Assembly: GCA_030390025.1 (NCBI GenBank) | Contig: CM059432.1 | Span: forward strand, 115,074,001-115,138,000 | Source of the DNA: Squalus acanthias | Lineage: Eukaryota | Direction: 5' to 3' | DNA length: 64,000 bases | In this document: positions 49,214-62,915 of the stretch, piece by piece | Position numbering within the stretch: the first letter of the stretch is position 1 | Layout: each line of letters starts with the position of its first letter | Notes under the pieces: model-generated | The model's input: the letters and a program-made list of their open reading frames with translations, nothing else | Database searches by the model: none | Told to the model about the DNA's origin: nothing | Translations under genes and position numbers: made by a program

Positions 49214-50510
49214 TGACAAACATTCACTATAAGCCCACTGACTCCCACAGCTACCTGGACTACACTTCCTCCCACCCCGCTTCCTGTAAGGACTCTATTC
49301 CATTCTCCCAGTTTCTCCGTCTCCGCCGCATCTGCTCTGATGATGCCACCTTCCATACTTCTGACATGTCTTCCTTTTTCCTCAACCGAGGATTCCCCTC
49401 TACTGTGGTTGACATGACCCTTGACCGTGTCCGTTCTATTTCCCGCACTTCTGCTCTCACCCATTCCCCTCCCTCCCGGAACCACGATAGGGTTCCCCTT
49501 GTCCTCACCTTTCACCCCACCAGCCTCCACATTCAACGGATCATCCTCCGCCATTTCCGCCACCTCCAGCGTGATCCCACCACCAAACACATCTTCCCCT
49601 CACCTCCCCTTTCAGCATTCCGAAGGAACCGCTCCATCCACGACACCCTGGTCCATTCCTCTATCACCCCCAACACCCCTTCCCCGTCACCTTCCCGTGC
49701 AAGCACAGGAGATGCAACACATGCCCTTTTACCTCCTCCCTTCCCACTGTCCAGGGCCCCAAACACTCCTTCCAGGTGAAACAGCGATGTACTTGTACTT
49801 CTTGCAATTTAGTGTACTGTATTTGCTGATAACGATGCGGTCTCCTCTACATTGGGGAGACCAAATGCAGATTGGGTGACCGCTTTGTGAAACACCTACG
49901 TTCAGTCCGTAAGGGTGACCCTGAGCTTCCGGTCGCCTGTCACTTTATTTCTCCGCTCCACTCCCACTCTGACCTCTCCGTCCTTGGCCTCTTACACTGT
50001 TCAAATGAAGCTCAACGTAAGCTTGAGGAACAGCACCTCATCTTTCGATTAGGCACTTTACAGCCTTCTGGACTCAACATCGAGTTCATCAATTTCAGAC
50101 CATAACCTCCGCCCCTATCATTGTTTTTCTCTCCCTCACATGGCAGCTGTTGATCATCCTGCCATTACCATTTACACTTCATCTAGAGCCATCTTTTGTT
50201 TCTTAACTTGTCCCATTACCATCTCCTTTTGCCTTGCACCATCATCCCTTTTGTCTCTTAATCTCTCTTGACTTCCATCCTATCACAGACCTTCCCTTTT
50301 GTTCTTTCCTCCCCTCCCCCCTCTCCCTGCCCCTGCACTTGCTTAAAAAACTGTTACATCTCCAGCTTTTTCCAGTTCTGACGAAGGGTCATCGACCTGA
50401 AACGTTAATTCTGTTTCTCTCTCCACAGATGATGCCTGACCTGCTGAGTATTTCCAGCATTTTCTGTTTTTATTTCAGATTTCCAGCATCCATAGTATTT
50501 TGCTTTTGTA
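49214..50510 (+). mobile_element. 5'-truncated Penelope-like element (RT C-terminus, GIY-YIG, pLTR)
   Basis: YKPTDSHSYLDYTSSHP...SQFLRLRRICS; NLVYCI...LYIGETK..LGDRF..H; 14-bp TSD TCACTTCTATCTAT. Confidence 0.92.
50374..50410 (+). ncRNA. Minimal hammerhead ribozyme motif
   Basis: AGTT-CTGACGA-A-GGGTC(ATC)GACCT-GAAAC-GTT-AATT. Confidence 0.7.
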
Positions 50511-51411
50511 TCACTTCTATCTATAGCTGGCAAGATTCTGAATGGAATTCTTCTTAAGCACTTGCTCCTGAATGTTGTGAACAGGAGGTTTCCATAATCT
50601 CAATGCAGCTTCAGGCTAGCTGAGGGACCGCCGACATGATGTTCATTGCTTATCAACTTCAAGAGAAGTGCAAGAAGCAAAATCAATACCTATATTCGGC
50701 ATTTGTTGAATTAACCAAAACTTTCGACACTGTCAGTTGGCAACAGACTTTGGAGACTTCTGAGGAGAATCGGTTGTTCGGAGATGCTCATCAGTTTTGA
50801 AACAGCTCTATGATTTGTGTCAGGGTGTGTATTAACAGCACTCTGTCCAAACCGTTCCCTGTTTCAAATGGTATGAAGCAAAGTTGTATACTGGGCCCTG
50901 CTCTATTCGCACTCTTATGCGGCTATGCTGGATGATGCAACGAGGGACCTTCATGTAGGAGTTGGGACACGAATCTACACAACGGGAAAACTGTGCGACC
51001 TATCAAGACTGTGAGCATCAGCTAAAGTCTCCAAACAAATTATACAGGAACTTTTGTATGCTGATGACTGCACTCCTGTTGCGCATTCCAGAGAGGACCT
51101 TCAGCTAATGATGGATAGACTCGCAGCTTCCACGAGTAACTATCGGCTTACTGTTAGTCTGAAGACTGAAGTCATGTATCAATCAGCCATGTTAGACCAT
51201 GGATCACTTTTAATGAAACTAAATTGAATGCGGACAAGGAGTTCACCTATCTTGGAAGTGTACTGTCTGATAATGCAAGGATTGATAAGAAAGTCATGGC
51301 TTGAATACAGAGAGCAAGTGTGGCCTTTGATAGAGTCCAAGCGTGTTGGAATCAGCATGGTATCAAGGTTGCTACTAAACTGAAGGTTTATAAAGTAGTT
51401 GTCCTTACCAT

Positions 51412-52492
51412 GAAAGCAAAGAGTTGGAATAAATGGGTCTTTTTCCGAGTGGCAGGCAGTAACTAGTGAGGTTCCGCAGGGATCGGTCCTAGGACCCCAG
51501 CTAATCACTACATATATTAATGATCTAGACGAGGGAACTAGATGTAATATCTCCAAGTTTGCAGATGACACAAAGCCGGGTGGGCGTGTGTGCTGCGAGG
51601 AGGACGCAGAGAAACTCCAGTATGATTTGGACAGGTTGGGTGATTGGGCAGAAGCATGGCAGATGCAGTATAATGTGGATAAATGCGAGGTTATCCACTT
51701 TGGTGGCAAAAACAGAAAGGCAGATTATTATCTGAACGGCAATAGATTAGGAGAAGGGGAAGTGCAACGAGACCTGGGTGTCCTTGTGCACCAGTCGCTG
51801 AAGGTAAGCATGCAGGTGCAGCAGGCGGTTAAGAAGGCAAATGGTATGTTGGCTTTTGTAGCGTGAGGGTTTGAGTACAGGAGCAAGGATGTCTTGCTGC
51901 AGCTGTACAGGGCCTTGGTGAGACCACACCTTGAGTATTGTGTGCAGTTTTGGTCGCCTTATCTGAGGAAGGATGTTCTTGCCATGGAGGGTGTGCAGCG
52001 AAGATTCACCTGACTGATACCTGGGATGGCAGGAATGACGTACGAGGAGAGATTGGGTCGATTGGGCTTATACTCGCTGGAGTTTAGAAGAATGAGAGGA
52101 GATCTCATTGAAACTTATAAAATTCTAACAGGGCTAGACAGACTGGATGCAGGAAGGATGTTCCCGATGGCGGGTGAGACCAGAACAAGAGGTCACAGTC
52201 TAAAGATAAGGGGTAAGCCATTTAGGACTGAGATGAGGAGGAATTTCTTTACCCATAGAGTGGTGAACCTGTGGAATTCTCTACCACAGAAGGCAGTTGA
52301 GGCCAAGTCAGTAAATATATTCAAGAAGGAGTTAGATATATTTCTTAAGGCTAAAGGTATCAAGGGATATGGGGAGAAGGCAGGTACAGGGTACTGAGTT
52401 TGGATGATCAGCCATGATCTCATCGAATGCCGGAGCAGGCTCGAGGGGCCGAATGGCCTACTCCTGCTCCTATCTTCTATGTTTCTATGTTT
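51412..52492 (+). mobile_element. 5'-truncated CR1 nested in RTE
   Basis: [15 protein letters not shown]; (TTCTATGT)n tail. Confidence 0.92.
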
Positions 52493-53204
52493 GAACGGCT
52501 GGAATGATACACAAAAGACACTTTCATAAGTTGACTTTTATTATTGCAACAGAAGATAACTAACAACAAAGTACTGGAATGTGCTGACAGCGTCAGACTT
52601 GAGGTTATGATAATCAATGCTCAGCTCCATTGGGCTGTACATGTTGTTATGATGGACGATGTACGGTTACCGAAGCAGGTACTTTATAGAGCACTATTGG
52701 GTGGCAGAAGAAAGCAGAATGTCTACAAAGGCGCCACAAAGATACACCAAAGATTAACTTGAAGTAGTGCAACTTGGTCATTGACTCTTGGGAACCCCTG
52801 GCCACCAACAGATGGCAATGACATGCTGGAGAGAAGGAGTGAAGGGCTTTCAGCTACAATGCCATGCCAGTGTGAAAGCAGACATGAGAGACGGAAGGAA
52901 TGGCAGCATCAGAAGGATCAACAGGAGAAACCGCCCCCCGCCACGTAACTTGGTTATGTGAGGTTTGTGGTAGACAATGTCTATCATATATCAGCCTGCA
53001 TAGTAATCAATGCACCCCTCTACCATGAACTTGTGCTTGTTGGTACCGTCATTCTTGAGGGACACACTAGCATTATTGTATGAATGCATAAGTAATTTGT
53101 ATCAAATAGGTTTGCTCACCATTAATCTATTTTAAATCAACAGGTTAATGTTTAAATTAATGGAGGAAAATTGGGCGGGTTGTTTTACAAGTTTGCCCTT
53201 CAAT

Positions 53205-53737
53205 CTGGCTCAGCTATTTACAATCTATATCAATGACTTAGATGAGGGGACCGAGTGAAATATACCCAAGGTTTGCTGACGATACAAAGCTAGGTGGGAA
53301 AGTAAGGTGTGAGGAGGACACAAAGAGGCTGCAAAGGGATATGGACAGGTCAAGTGATTGGGCAAGAAGGTGGCAGATGGAGTATAATGTGGGGGAACTG
53401 TAAAATTATCCACTTTGGTAGGAAAAATGGAAAAGCAGAATATTTTTTAAGAGGTGAGAGACTAGCAAATGTTGGGATTCAGGTGTCCTTTGTGAATCTT
53501 TGGAATTCTCTACCCCAGAGGGCTATGGATGTTCAGTCATTCAGTATATTCAAGACTGATAGATAGATTTTTGGGAACTGATATTGATAGATTTTTGGGA
53601 ACTAAGGGAATCAAGGGATATGGGGATTGGGTGGAAAAGTAGAGTTGATGTAAAACTTCAGCCATGATATTATTGAATGGCGGAGCAGGCTCGAGGGACC
53701 GTATGGCCTACTTCTGCTCCTAATTCTTATGTTCTGA
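53205..53737 (+). mobile_element. CR1 fragment with internal deletion
   Basis: FADDTK region joined directly to VNLWNSLPQ and the tail. Confidence 0.85.
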
Positions 53738-54144
53738 TATTCATTGTGCCCAGGTGATCCAGTGCACCTGGGTGCAGACCCAAAAAAATCTCCCCTAGTG
53801 CAACTCTATTCTGTATTAAGTAGAGCCCAGCTGATAGTGAGTTATTCCGATAAAAACTATACTTGAGCCTGTAACAATTGGAACTTTGCCGGTTACCTAT
53901 GTATCAAGCACTTCATGTGCTCCTTAATACCAAACCTCTTGAGGGTATTTTTCATGTTATCATAGATGTGTTAATAATGTTACTTCAAATATTTCTATAT
54001 TTGATTCCATCTTTGATAGCTCTGGCAAGAAGTTAATTAATTCACTCAATAGGAGTTGGTTTGGTTTGTGCAACTGTGAATGTACTCGGAGCTGGATAAT
54101 GTTATGTTTAAGAGATAAACTGAATTTTTTTCACCTAATAACAT

Positions 54145-55840
54145 TTGGAGTTGGTGGTAAAAGGTAAGCTGTGTGTGGAGGCAGAAGACGTGGGTATGGT
54201 TCTTAATGAATACTTCGCGTCTGCCTTCAAAAAGGGGGACGATGCAGAGATTGTAGTTAATGAAGAGGAGTGTAAAATATTGGATGGGATAAACATAGTG
54301 AGAGAGGAAATAATAAGGGACTTAGCATCTTTGAAAGTAGATAAATCTCCAGGCCTGGATGAAATGTATCCCAGGCTGTTAAGAGAAGCAAGGGAGGAAA
54401 TAGAGGAGCTCTGGCCATCATTTTCCAATCCTCTCTGGCTAGAGGCGTGGTGACAGAAGACTGCTAACATTGTACTGTTGTTTAAAAAAGGAGAAAGGGA
54501 GTAATTACAGGCCAGTCAGCCTAACCTCAGTGGTGGGAATATTACTGGAAAAAATTCTGAGACAGTGTATTAAGCGGCATTTGGAAAGGCACGAATTAAT
54601 CAAGGACAGTCAGCATGGATTTGTTAAGGAAAGGTCGTGTCTGACTAACTTGATTGAAATTTTTGAGGAGGTAACAAGGAGGGTCGATGAGGTAGCGAGT
54701 TTGATGTAGTGTACATGGATTTTAGCAAGGCTTTTGACAAGGTCCCACATGGCAGACTGGTCAGAAAAGTAAAAGCCAATGGGATCCAAGGGAAAGAGGC
54801 AAGTTGGATCCAAAATTGGCTCAGTTGCAGGAAGCAAAGGGTAATGGTCGACGTGTGTTTTTGTTTCCAGTGGGGTTCCAAAGGGCTCATTATTGGGTCC
54901 CTTGCTTTTCGTGGTACATATCAATGATTTAGACTTCAATGTAGGAGACATGATTAAGAAGTTTGCAGATAATACAAAAAATGGCCGTGTGGTTGATCGT
55001 GAGGAAGATATCAATGGAGTGATCAGGTGGGCAAAAAAGTGACAAATGGAATTCAATCCGGAGAAGTGTGAGGTAATGCATTTGTGAAGGGCAAACAAGG
55101 CAAGGGAATACACAATAAATGGTAGGATACTGAGAAGTGCAGAGGAACAGAGGGACCTTGGAGTGCATGTCCACAGATCCCTGAATGTAGCAGGACAGGT
55201 AGATAAGGTGGTTAAGAAGGCATACGGGATACTTGCCTTTATTAGCCGAGGCATAGAATATAAGAGCAGGGAGGTTATGCTTGAACTATATAAAACACTA
55301 GTTAGGCCACAGCTAGAGTACTGTGTACAGTTCTGGTCACCACATTGCAGGAAAGATGTGATCGCCTTAGAGAGGGTACAGAGGAGATTTACGAGGATGT
55401 TGCCAGGACTGGAGAATTTTAGCTATGAGGAAAAATTAGATAGGCTGGGGTTGTTTTCTTTGGAACAGAGGAGGCTGATGGGAGATTTAATTGAAGTGTA
55501 TAAAATTATGAGGGGCCTAGATAGAGTGGATAGGAAGGACCTATTTCCCTTAATAGAAAGGTCAATAATCAGGGTGCATAGGGATTAGAGGGGAGTTGAG
55601 GAGATTTCTTTTCACCCAGAGGGTGGTGGGGGTCTGGAACTCACTGCCTGAAAGGGTGGTAGAGGCAGAAACCCTCATTGCATTTAAAAAGTACTTGGAT
55701 ATGCACCTGAAATGTCATAAGCTACAGGGCTACGGACCAAGAGCTGGAAAGTAATATTAGACTGGAGAGTTCTTTTTCGGCCAGCACAGACACAATAGGC
55801 CAAATGGCCTCCTTCTGTGCCGTAAATTTCTATGATTCTA
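54145..55840 (+). mobile_element. 5'-truncated CR1
   Basis: [34 protein letters not shown] and tail. Confidence 0.92.
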
Positions 55841-55909
55841 AAGCTTCAGCCAGTTCTTTGATTGACATTCCTTACTGGTTTATGGATTTACCAACCACAT
55901 GCTTGTAGC

Positions 55910-56785
55910 AATGGAGCAAGGCCATAGAAACATTTCTAAATAAGGAAGAGTAGTTTGAAATCAATGTGCTGAGGGTTAGGGAGTCAATGGAAGTCAAAGA
56001 GAATTGGAGAGATGAGTGAGCGAGAATCTTTTCAGGATAAGATGCGGGCAGCAAAGTTCCTGATGATGGAGATCTGGGGTTTAATGCTCAGCTCAGAGCT
56101 CAGCAAGAGGTTGTGCACCGCCAGATTCAGCCTGAATGATCAGCCAGGAAGGGGAATGGAATTAGAGTTTCAGGTGAGAACAAAACAGTCAGTTTCTGTC
56201 TTTCCATTATTTAGCTGGAAGAAATTCTGCTGTTTCAATGACTTGATATCAGACAGGCAGACACCACAGTGACAGTCATAATCAAGGGTAGCTGTGGAGA
56301 GGTAAAGTTGGGTCTCAAGGGTAGTTGTGAAGAGGTAAAGCTGGGTCTTATTGGCACACATTTGAAAACTAACCCTGTGCTTGCATATAATGGCATGTAA
56401 ATGAGCAATAGGATGGGGCTTGGAGCATGCCAATGGTAACCACATATGTGTGCAGAATGAGCAGTCTCAGGTAATGTGCTGGGTATGTTGGGACAGGTCA
56501 GAATGGAACAATGGAAGGGTGATAATATGGAGGCCGAGAGCAAAGAAGAGGCAATAAAGGAGCATGGAATGATCAACTGTATCAAAGACCATGTTGAGGT
56601 CGAGGAAGGATAACTCACTGTGGGTGCAATCACATAGCATGCCATTCATGACTTTGACCAAGGCAGTTTTGGTGCTGTGGGTGTGATAGAAACAGAATAG
56701 ATTCAAACAGGGAGTGTTGTGGGAAGTGGGCACACAGAAGAATGACAATGAGGCCTTAGAGAGGAAGGGGAGGTTAGAAATGACT
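55910..56785 (-). mobile_element. Old L2 RT fragment
   Basis: HSTKTALVKVMN, ANKTQLYL, NFFQLNNGKTE. Confidence 0.7.
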
Positions 56786-57384
56786 GACTACCTAATAGGG
56801 TGTTCCTGGTGAGGAATAGCTCCCACAGGGAGCACTGGTCGAGAAATTGCAAGCCCACTGAATTTGATTTTCCATCGATTTAAATTAATAGATGGGAAAT
56901 CAAGTACTCCTTTCCTCGATTTTCCAACTAACCTCCCTACGATTGTCACTCCTCGCTGGAAGCTCCCATCAGGGAATCAGCCCTTATGTTGGAAAACAGA
57001 CAGGAAACCATGGAATTGCTCTGTTGTGTAGTACATTCGTACAGCATAGATTTTCAAGGTCATTAGGAATGCATATACAAAATGGAAATTATATGCAAAA
57101 TGTCATCATTTGAGTTTAATGGCTTTTTCTGCTCAATGAATTTGCTATTAATTGTCTCTGTCCATCTCTAATCTACAACAGATGTTAATGTAGCTAGAAT
57201 TTCAAAAGCTAAAGAGGATACAACAAAATTTAGTTGCCAAATTTGTTAAAATTATAACATTTAATAAATTACAATTTGAAAGAGTTTTTTTTTTTAAATG
57301 TGCTTAATTCACAAGGACGGCCTTTGCCAGTTAAGGATAGAGTCTCCTCTTAGTAAAAAGAAATGTCTTTAATTTTAAACAAGT

Positions 57385-60300
57385 TTTTTTTAAAATTTGT
57401 TTGTGTGATGTGGGCATTGCTGGCAAGGCCAGCATTTATTCCCCATCCCTAATTGTCCTCGAGAAGGTGGTGATGAGCCGCCTTCTTGAACCGCTGCTGT
57501 CCGTGTGGTGAAGGTGCTCCCACAGTGCTGTTAGGGAGGGAGTTCCAGGATTTTGACCCAGCGACGATGAAAGATCGGCGATATACTTCTAAGTCAGGAT
57601 GGTGTGTGACTTGGAGGGGAACTTGGAGGTGATGGTGTTCCCATGAGCCTGCTGCCCTTGCCCTGCTAGGTGGAAGAGGTTGTGGGTTTGGGAGGTGCTG
57701 TCGAAGAAGCCTTGGCGAGTTGCTGCAGTGCATCTTGTAGATGGTACACACTGCAGCCACGGTACTCCGGTAGTGGAGGGAGTGAATGTTTAAGGTGGTG
57801 GATGGGGTGCCAATCAAGTGGGCTGCTTTGTTCTGGATGGTGTTGAGCTTCTTGAGTGTTGTTGGAGCTGCACTCATCCAGGCAAGTGGAGAGTATTCCA
57901 TCACACTCCTTACTTGTGTCTTGTAGATGGTGGAAAGGCTTTGGGGAGTCAGGAGGTGAGACACTCGCCGCAGAATACCCAGCCTCTAACCTGCTCTTGT
58001 TGCCACAGTATTTATGTGGCTGGTCCAGGTAAGTGTCTGGTCAATGGTGACCCCAGGATGTTGATGGTGGGGGATTCGGCGATGGTAATGCCGTTGAATG
58101 TCAAAGGGCGGTGGTTAGACTCTCGCTTGTTGGAGATAGTCATTGCCTGGCACTTCTGTGGCGCGAATGTTACCTGCCACTTATCAGCCCAAGCCTGAAT
58201 GTCGTACAGGTCTTGCTGCATGCATGCATGCACTGCTTCATTATCTGAGGAGTTGTGAATGGCACTGAACACTGTGCAGTTATCAGCAAACATCACCATT
58301 TCTGACCTTATGTTGGAGGGAAGGTCATTGATGAAGCAGCTGAAGATGGTTGGGCCTAGGACACTGCCCTGAGGAACTCCTGTAGTTATGTCCTGGGGCT
58401 GAGATGATTGACCATCAAGCACAACAACCATCTTCCTTTGTGCTAGGTACGACTCCAGCCAGTGGAGAGTTTTCCCCCCCCCGATTCCCATGGACTTCAG
58501 TTTTACTAGGGCTCCTTGATGCCACACTCGGAATTCAGCTCCTTTGTCCGTGTTTGGACCAAGGTTGTAATGAGGTCAGGAGCCGAGTGGTCTTGGCGGA
58601 ACCCAAACTGGGCATCAGTGAGCAGGTTATTGGTGAGTAAGTGCCGCTTGACAGCACTGTTGATGACACATTCCATCACTTTGCTGATGATTGAGTGTAG
58701 ACTGATGGGGCGGTAATTGGCCGGATTGGATTTGTCCTGCTTTTTGTGGACAGTTTTCCACATTGTCGGATAGATGCCAGTGTTGTGGCTGTACTGGAAC
58801 AGTTTGTCTAGTTCTGGAGCACAAGTCTTCAGCACGATAGCCGGGATGTTGTCGGGGCCCATAGCCTTTGCTGTATCCAGTGCGCTCAGCTGTTTCTTGA
58901 GTAGGCCGATATGGATCATCCACTCGGCACTTCTGGCTGAAGATGGTTGCAAACGCTTCAGCCTTGTCTTTTGCACTCACGTGCTGGGCTCCACCATCAT
59001 TGAGGATGGGAATATTCATGAAGCCTCCTCCTCCCGTTAGTTGTTTATTGGTCCACCACCATTCACGACTGGATGTGGCAGGACTGCAGAGCTTTGATCT
59101 GATCCGTTGATTGTGGGATCGCTTAGCCCTGTAGCATGCTGCTTCTGCTTTTTAGCATGCATGTAGTCCGGTGTTGCAGCTTCCCCAGGTTGGCACCTCA
59201 ATTTTAGGTACGCCTGGTGCTGCTCCTGGCATGCTCTTCTACACTCCTTATTGAACCAGGGTTGGTCTCCTGGCTTGATGATAATGGTAGAGTGAGGGAT
59301 ATGCCGGGCCATGAGGTTACAGATTGTGGTGGAATACAATTCTGTTGCTGCTGATGGCCCACTGCGCCTCATGGATGCCCAGTTTTGAGCTGCTAGATCT
59401 GTTCTGATTCTATCCCATTTAGCACAGTGGTAGTGCCACACAACACGATGGAGGGTGTCCTCAGTGTGAAGACAGGACTTCGTCTCCACAATGACTGTGC
59501 GGTGGTCACTGCTACCAATACTGTCATGGACAGATGCATCTGCGACAGTTAGATTGGTGAGGACGAGGTCAAGTAGGTTTTTCCCTCATGTTGGTTCTCT
59601 CACCACCTGTCGCAGGCCCAGACTGGCAGTTATGTCCTTCAGGACTCGGCCAGCTCGGTCAGTAGTGGTGCTACCGAGCCACTCTTGGTGATGGACATTG
59701 ACGTCCCCCACCCAGAGTACATTCTGTGCCCTTGCTTCTTCCAAGTGGTGTTCAACATGGAGGAGTACTGATTCATCAGCTGAGGGAGGGCGGTAGGTGG
59801 TAATCAGCAGGAGGTTTCCTTGTCCATGCTTGACCTGAAGCCATGAGACTTCATGGGGTCCGGAGTCAATGTTGAGGCCTCCCAGGGCCACTCCTTCCCG
59901 ACTGTACCACCACCCCTGGTGGGTCTGTCCTGCCCGTGGGACATACCCAGGGATGGTGATGGAGGAATTTGGGACATTGGCTGAAAGATATGATTCTGTG
60001 AGTATGACTATGATTCTGTGAGTATGACTGTGTCAGGCTATTGCTTGACTAGTTTGTGGGACAGCTCTCCCAATTTTGGCACAAGTCCCCAGATGTTGGT
60101 GAGGAGGACTTTGCATGGTCGATTGGGTTGGGTGTGCCGTGTCCGTAGCCGGTGCCGAGGTCGATGCCGGATGGTCCGTCCGGTTTCATTCTTATTATTG
60201 TGTTTCGTAGCGGTTTGTTACAACTGAGTGGCTTGCTCAGGCCATTTCAGAGGGCAGTTAAGAGTCAACCACATTGCTGTGGGTCTGGAGTCACATATAG

Positions 60301-60435
60301 GCCAGACCAGGTAAGGACGGCAGATTTCCTTCCCTAAAGGGCAACCAGATGGGATTTGAACTCACGTCTCTGGATCATTATTCCAGGCCTCTGGATTGCT
60401 AGCCCAGTGACATTACCACTATGCTACTGTTCCCT
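57385..60435 (-). mobile_element. APE-RT LINE (CR1/L2 group, clade uncertain) with tRNA-like SINE head
   Basis: A-box TAGCATAGTGG and B-box GAGTTCAAATCC; then TNIWGL/VILTES, YRPPS, VGDVNVHH, GVPQGSVLGP, MFADNCT; short 3' tail. Confidence 0.85.
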
Positions 60436-61133
60436 AGAAGTTGTAACTATTGAGGTAATCTTCCGAGTATGACCGCTTTTAGCTAGTTGCCTGGGTGTTC
60501 TGTCAAACTCCCGCCATAACTTCAGCGAGAGACCTGGAGAATCGCGGCCGAACTGCAGAGCCTTTCTCTCTAACTTGATATTGTCCCGATTTTAAACCAG
60601 CCTACCCGGGGTGGACGGGTCATTAAAATGGCGGTGGGATTGATCGTGTTTCCAACACGTTCCCACCCCAGCCATTTTATCCAGTCAGAATTCAGGCGCA
60701 GGAGGGCTGCTCATCCCAGGCAGGTGGGGGCCTGCTTAACATGCTGAAATTACAGCCCGACAATATCAGTGGCGCCGTGACACAATTTTAACTGCAGAAA
60801 TTGGGAGCCCCGCACAGCATAAAACCCACTACTGAAAACTAGCAGGAGGCAACAGAGTGGCTGGAAGAGGTCAAAGTAAGTATTTCTGCGAGGATTTTGT
60901 GTGGGCAAGGAGGAACAGGAGTGCCCCGCAAAAAGTCCGTGCACCTCCCCAGCCCTGGCTTTCCCTCTCCCTTCCAGCTCCGGCAACTGGTGGTAACCCT
61001 GCACTAACCTTACGCTTGGGTTCGTGGCAGCATCTGGCTTCTGCCCCAATTCCCACTCCCGCCGGCTGGTGTTAACATCATTCCCACTGGTTTCAGGCGG
61101 AAGAGAGTTGCAGGATTTAAATGAGCTCCAAGA

Positions 61134-61899
61134 AGTGACTTGGATGAGGGGGCCGAGTGTAATGTATCCAAGTTTGTTGGCAATACAAAGCTAGGTGGGA
61201 AAGTAAGCTGTAAAGAGGACATAAAGAGGCTGCAAAGGGATGCAGACCAGTTAAGTGATTGGGCAAGAAGGTGGCAGATGGAGTATAATGTGGGGAAGTG
61301 TGAAATAATCCATTTTGGTCGGAAGAATGGGAAAGCAAAATATTTTTTAAAAGGTGAGAGACTAGTAAATGTTGGTATTCAGGAGGGACCTGGGGGTCCT
61401 TGTACACAAATCACAGAAAGTTAACATGCAGGTAGAGCAAGCAATTAAGAAGGCAAATGGTATGTTAGCTGTTTTTGCAAGGGGGTTGGAGTTTAAGAGT
61501 AAGGAAATCTTGCTGCAATTATATAACGTATAAAATTCTTACAGGGCTTGACAGGTTAGAAGCAGGGAGGATGTTTCCCCTGGCTGGGGAGTCTAGAACC
61601 AGGGGTCACAGTCTCAGGATAAGGGGTCGCCCATTTAGGACTGAGATGAGGAAAAATGTCTTCACTCAGAGGGTTGTGAATCTTTGGAATTCTCTACCCC
61701 AGAGGGCTGTGGAGGCTCAATCTTTGAGGATATTCAAGGCAGAGATCGATAGATTTTTGAATACTAAGGGAATCAAAGGATATGGGGATAGGGCAGGAAA
61801 ATGGAGCTGATGTAAAAGTTCAGCCATGATCTTATTGAATGGCGGAGCAGGCTCGAGGGGCTGTGTGGCCTACTCCTGCTCCTAATTCTTATGTTCTTA
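61134..61899 (+). mobile_element. CR1 3' fragment with internal deletion
   Basis: WQMEYNVGKC, VVNLWNSLPQ and tail. Confidence 0.9.
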
Positions 61900-61970
61900 A
61901 GAGTTAAAATGGCCCAGGCCTCACAGTGAACTCTCCGCCAGGGGACTTTTTCCCCTGCCCAAAACACATT

Positions 61971-62850
61971 GGGGGAGAAATTCAGTATCGCCCCATTTGG
62001 GGCGCAATTATCGGCCGGGCACAAAGATTAGCGCCTGGCACTAATTATCGCCTCCGACTGCAAACTTAACTTTTATCGCCCCTGGAGGTGATTGGAGCGC
62101 TAAATCAGGCGCTTCACACCTGTCTTAAGGTGCAAAGGCCGAGGAGCGAGGCGCTACATCAGAGCGCTGGCGAAGCTCATGTGATGTCAGTCAGCAATGG
62201 AACACACACACAATGGCGCCGGCCAGTTCTTAAAGGGGAGGGCTGATCTTGCTTTCCATCCACATCCTGCTCATTGCAGCCTTGAATCTCGGCCTGGAGA
62301 GACCTGTACATCAAATCTGCAGGAAAGAACAATGGAGAGACCCAGGGAAAGAGCTCAGAGTGCAGCCCCCACAGTCTCTTCTAAATCGATACAAGGAAGG
62401 GCAAATCGAAATGAACCTGCAAAGTGCTGCTCAGTACCCAAAACTCCTTCACACAGCGTTGAATCTCTCCAGAAATCTCTCTCTCTCTTTCTGACTGCGT
62501 GGTTCAAAAATATCACCAACAATAAAAGTCAGGAAGCGGTCGCCTTTAAATAGCACTCCCCCAGTCCCTTCCTGACTGCAAAACGCTCCCCTCAACCTGT
62601 CGTTGCTAGCGGCAAGCGGTAAGGCAGGGGGCGCCACTCAATATCCACTCTGGGGCGCTATGCACTCGACTGACGTCACGGTCTGCCGGCGCAGGAGATC
62701 ATGGCGGTAGTATTTAGCGCCGCCGCAAAATGTCTAGTTAATTTCGCGAGCGGCGTAAACATCGCCGCGCCCGGGTGCTGGTTGCTTTGCGCCCCATTAG
62801 CGCCCTCTTAAGGCGCTAACGGGAGGCGCAACCTACTGAATTTTTCCCCC
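61971..62850. mobile_element. Harbinger internal-deletion derivative (880 bp)
   Basis: 17-bp TIR gggggagaaattcagta with 1 mismatch; TSD ATT; stub MERPRERA resembles a Myb-gene start. Confidence 0.9.
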
Positions 62851-62915
62851 ATTGAGTTAAAAATCGGGACGATCGTGTCGGACTTCAATTCAGTTCATGT
62901 ACTTCATTACATTAT

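Larger units (their letters stand above)
49160..53085 (+). mobile_element. Decayed RTE-clade LINE split by Penelope and CR1 insertions
   Basis: KGEKSDCGNYQGISLLSI|AGKIL, ELLYADDC, RLPKQVLY. Confidence 0.8.

Noticed and set aside
59989..60029. 20-bp tandem repeat as a regulatory element
   Set aside because: A slippage duplication that frameshifts the LINE APE domain.
60345..60435. tRNA gene (also 48685-48760)
   Set aside because: A and B boxes are present but there is no convincing cloverleaf; the sequence runs into SINE/LINE bodies.
60470..61970. A further DNA transposon surrounding the CR1 at 61134
   Set aside because: GC-rich and repeat-like, but I could not define TIRs or a TSD.
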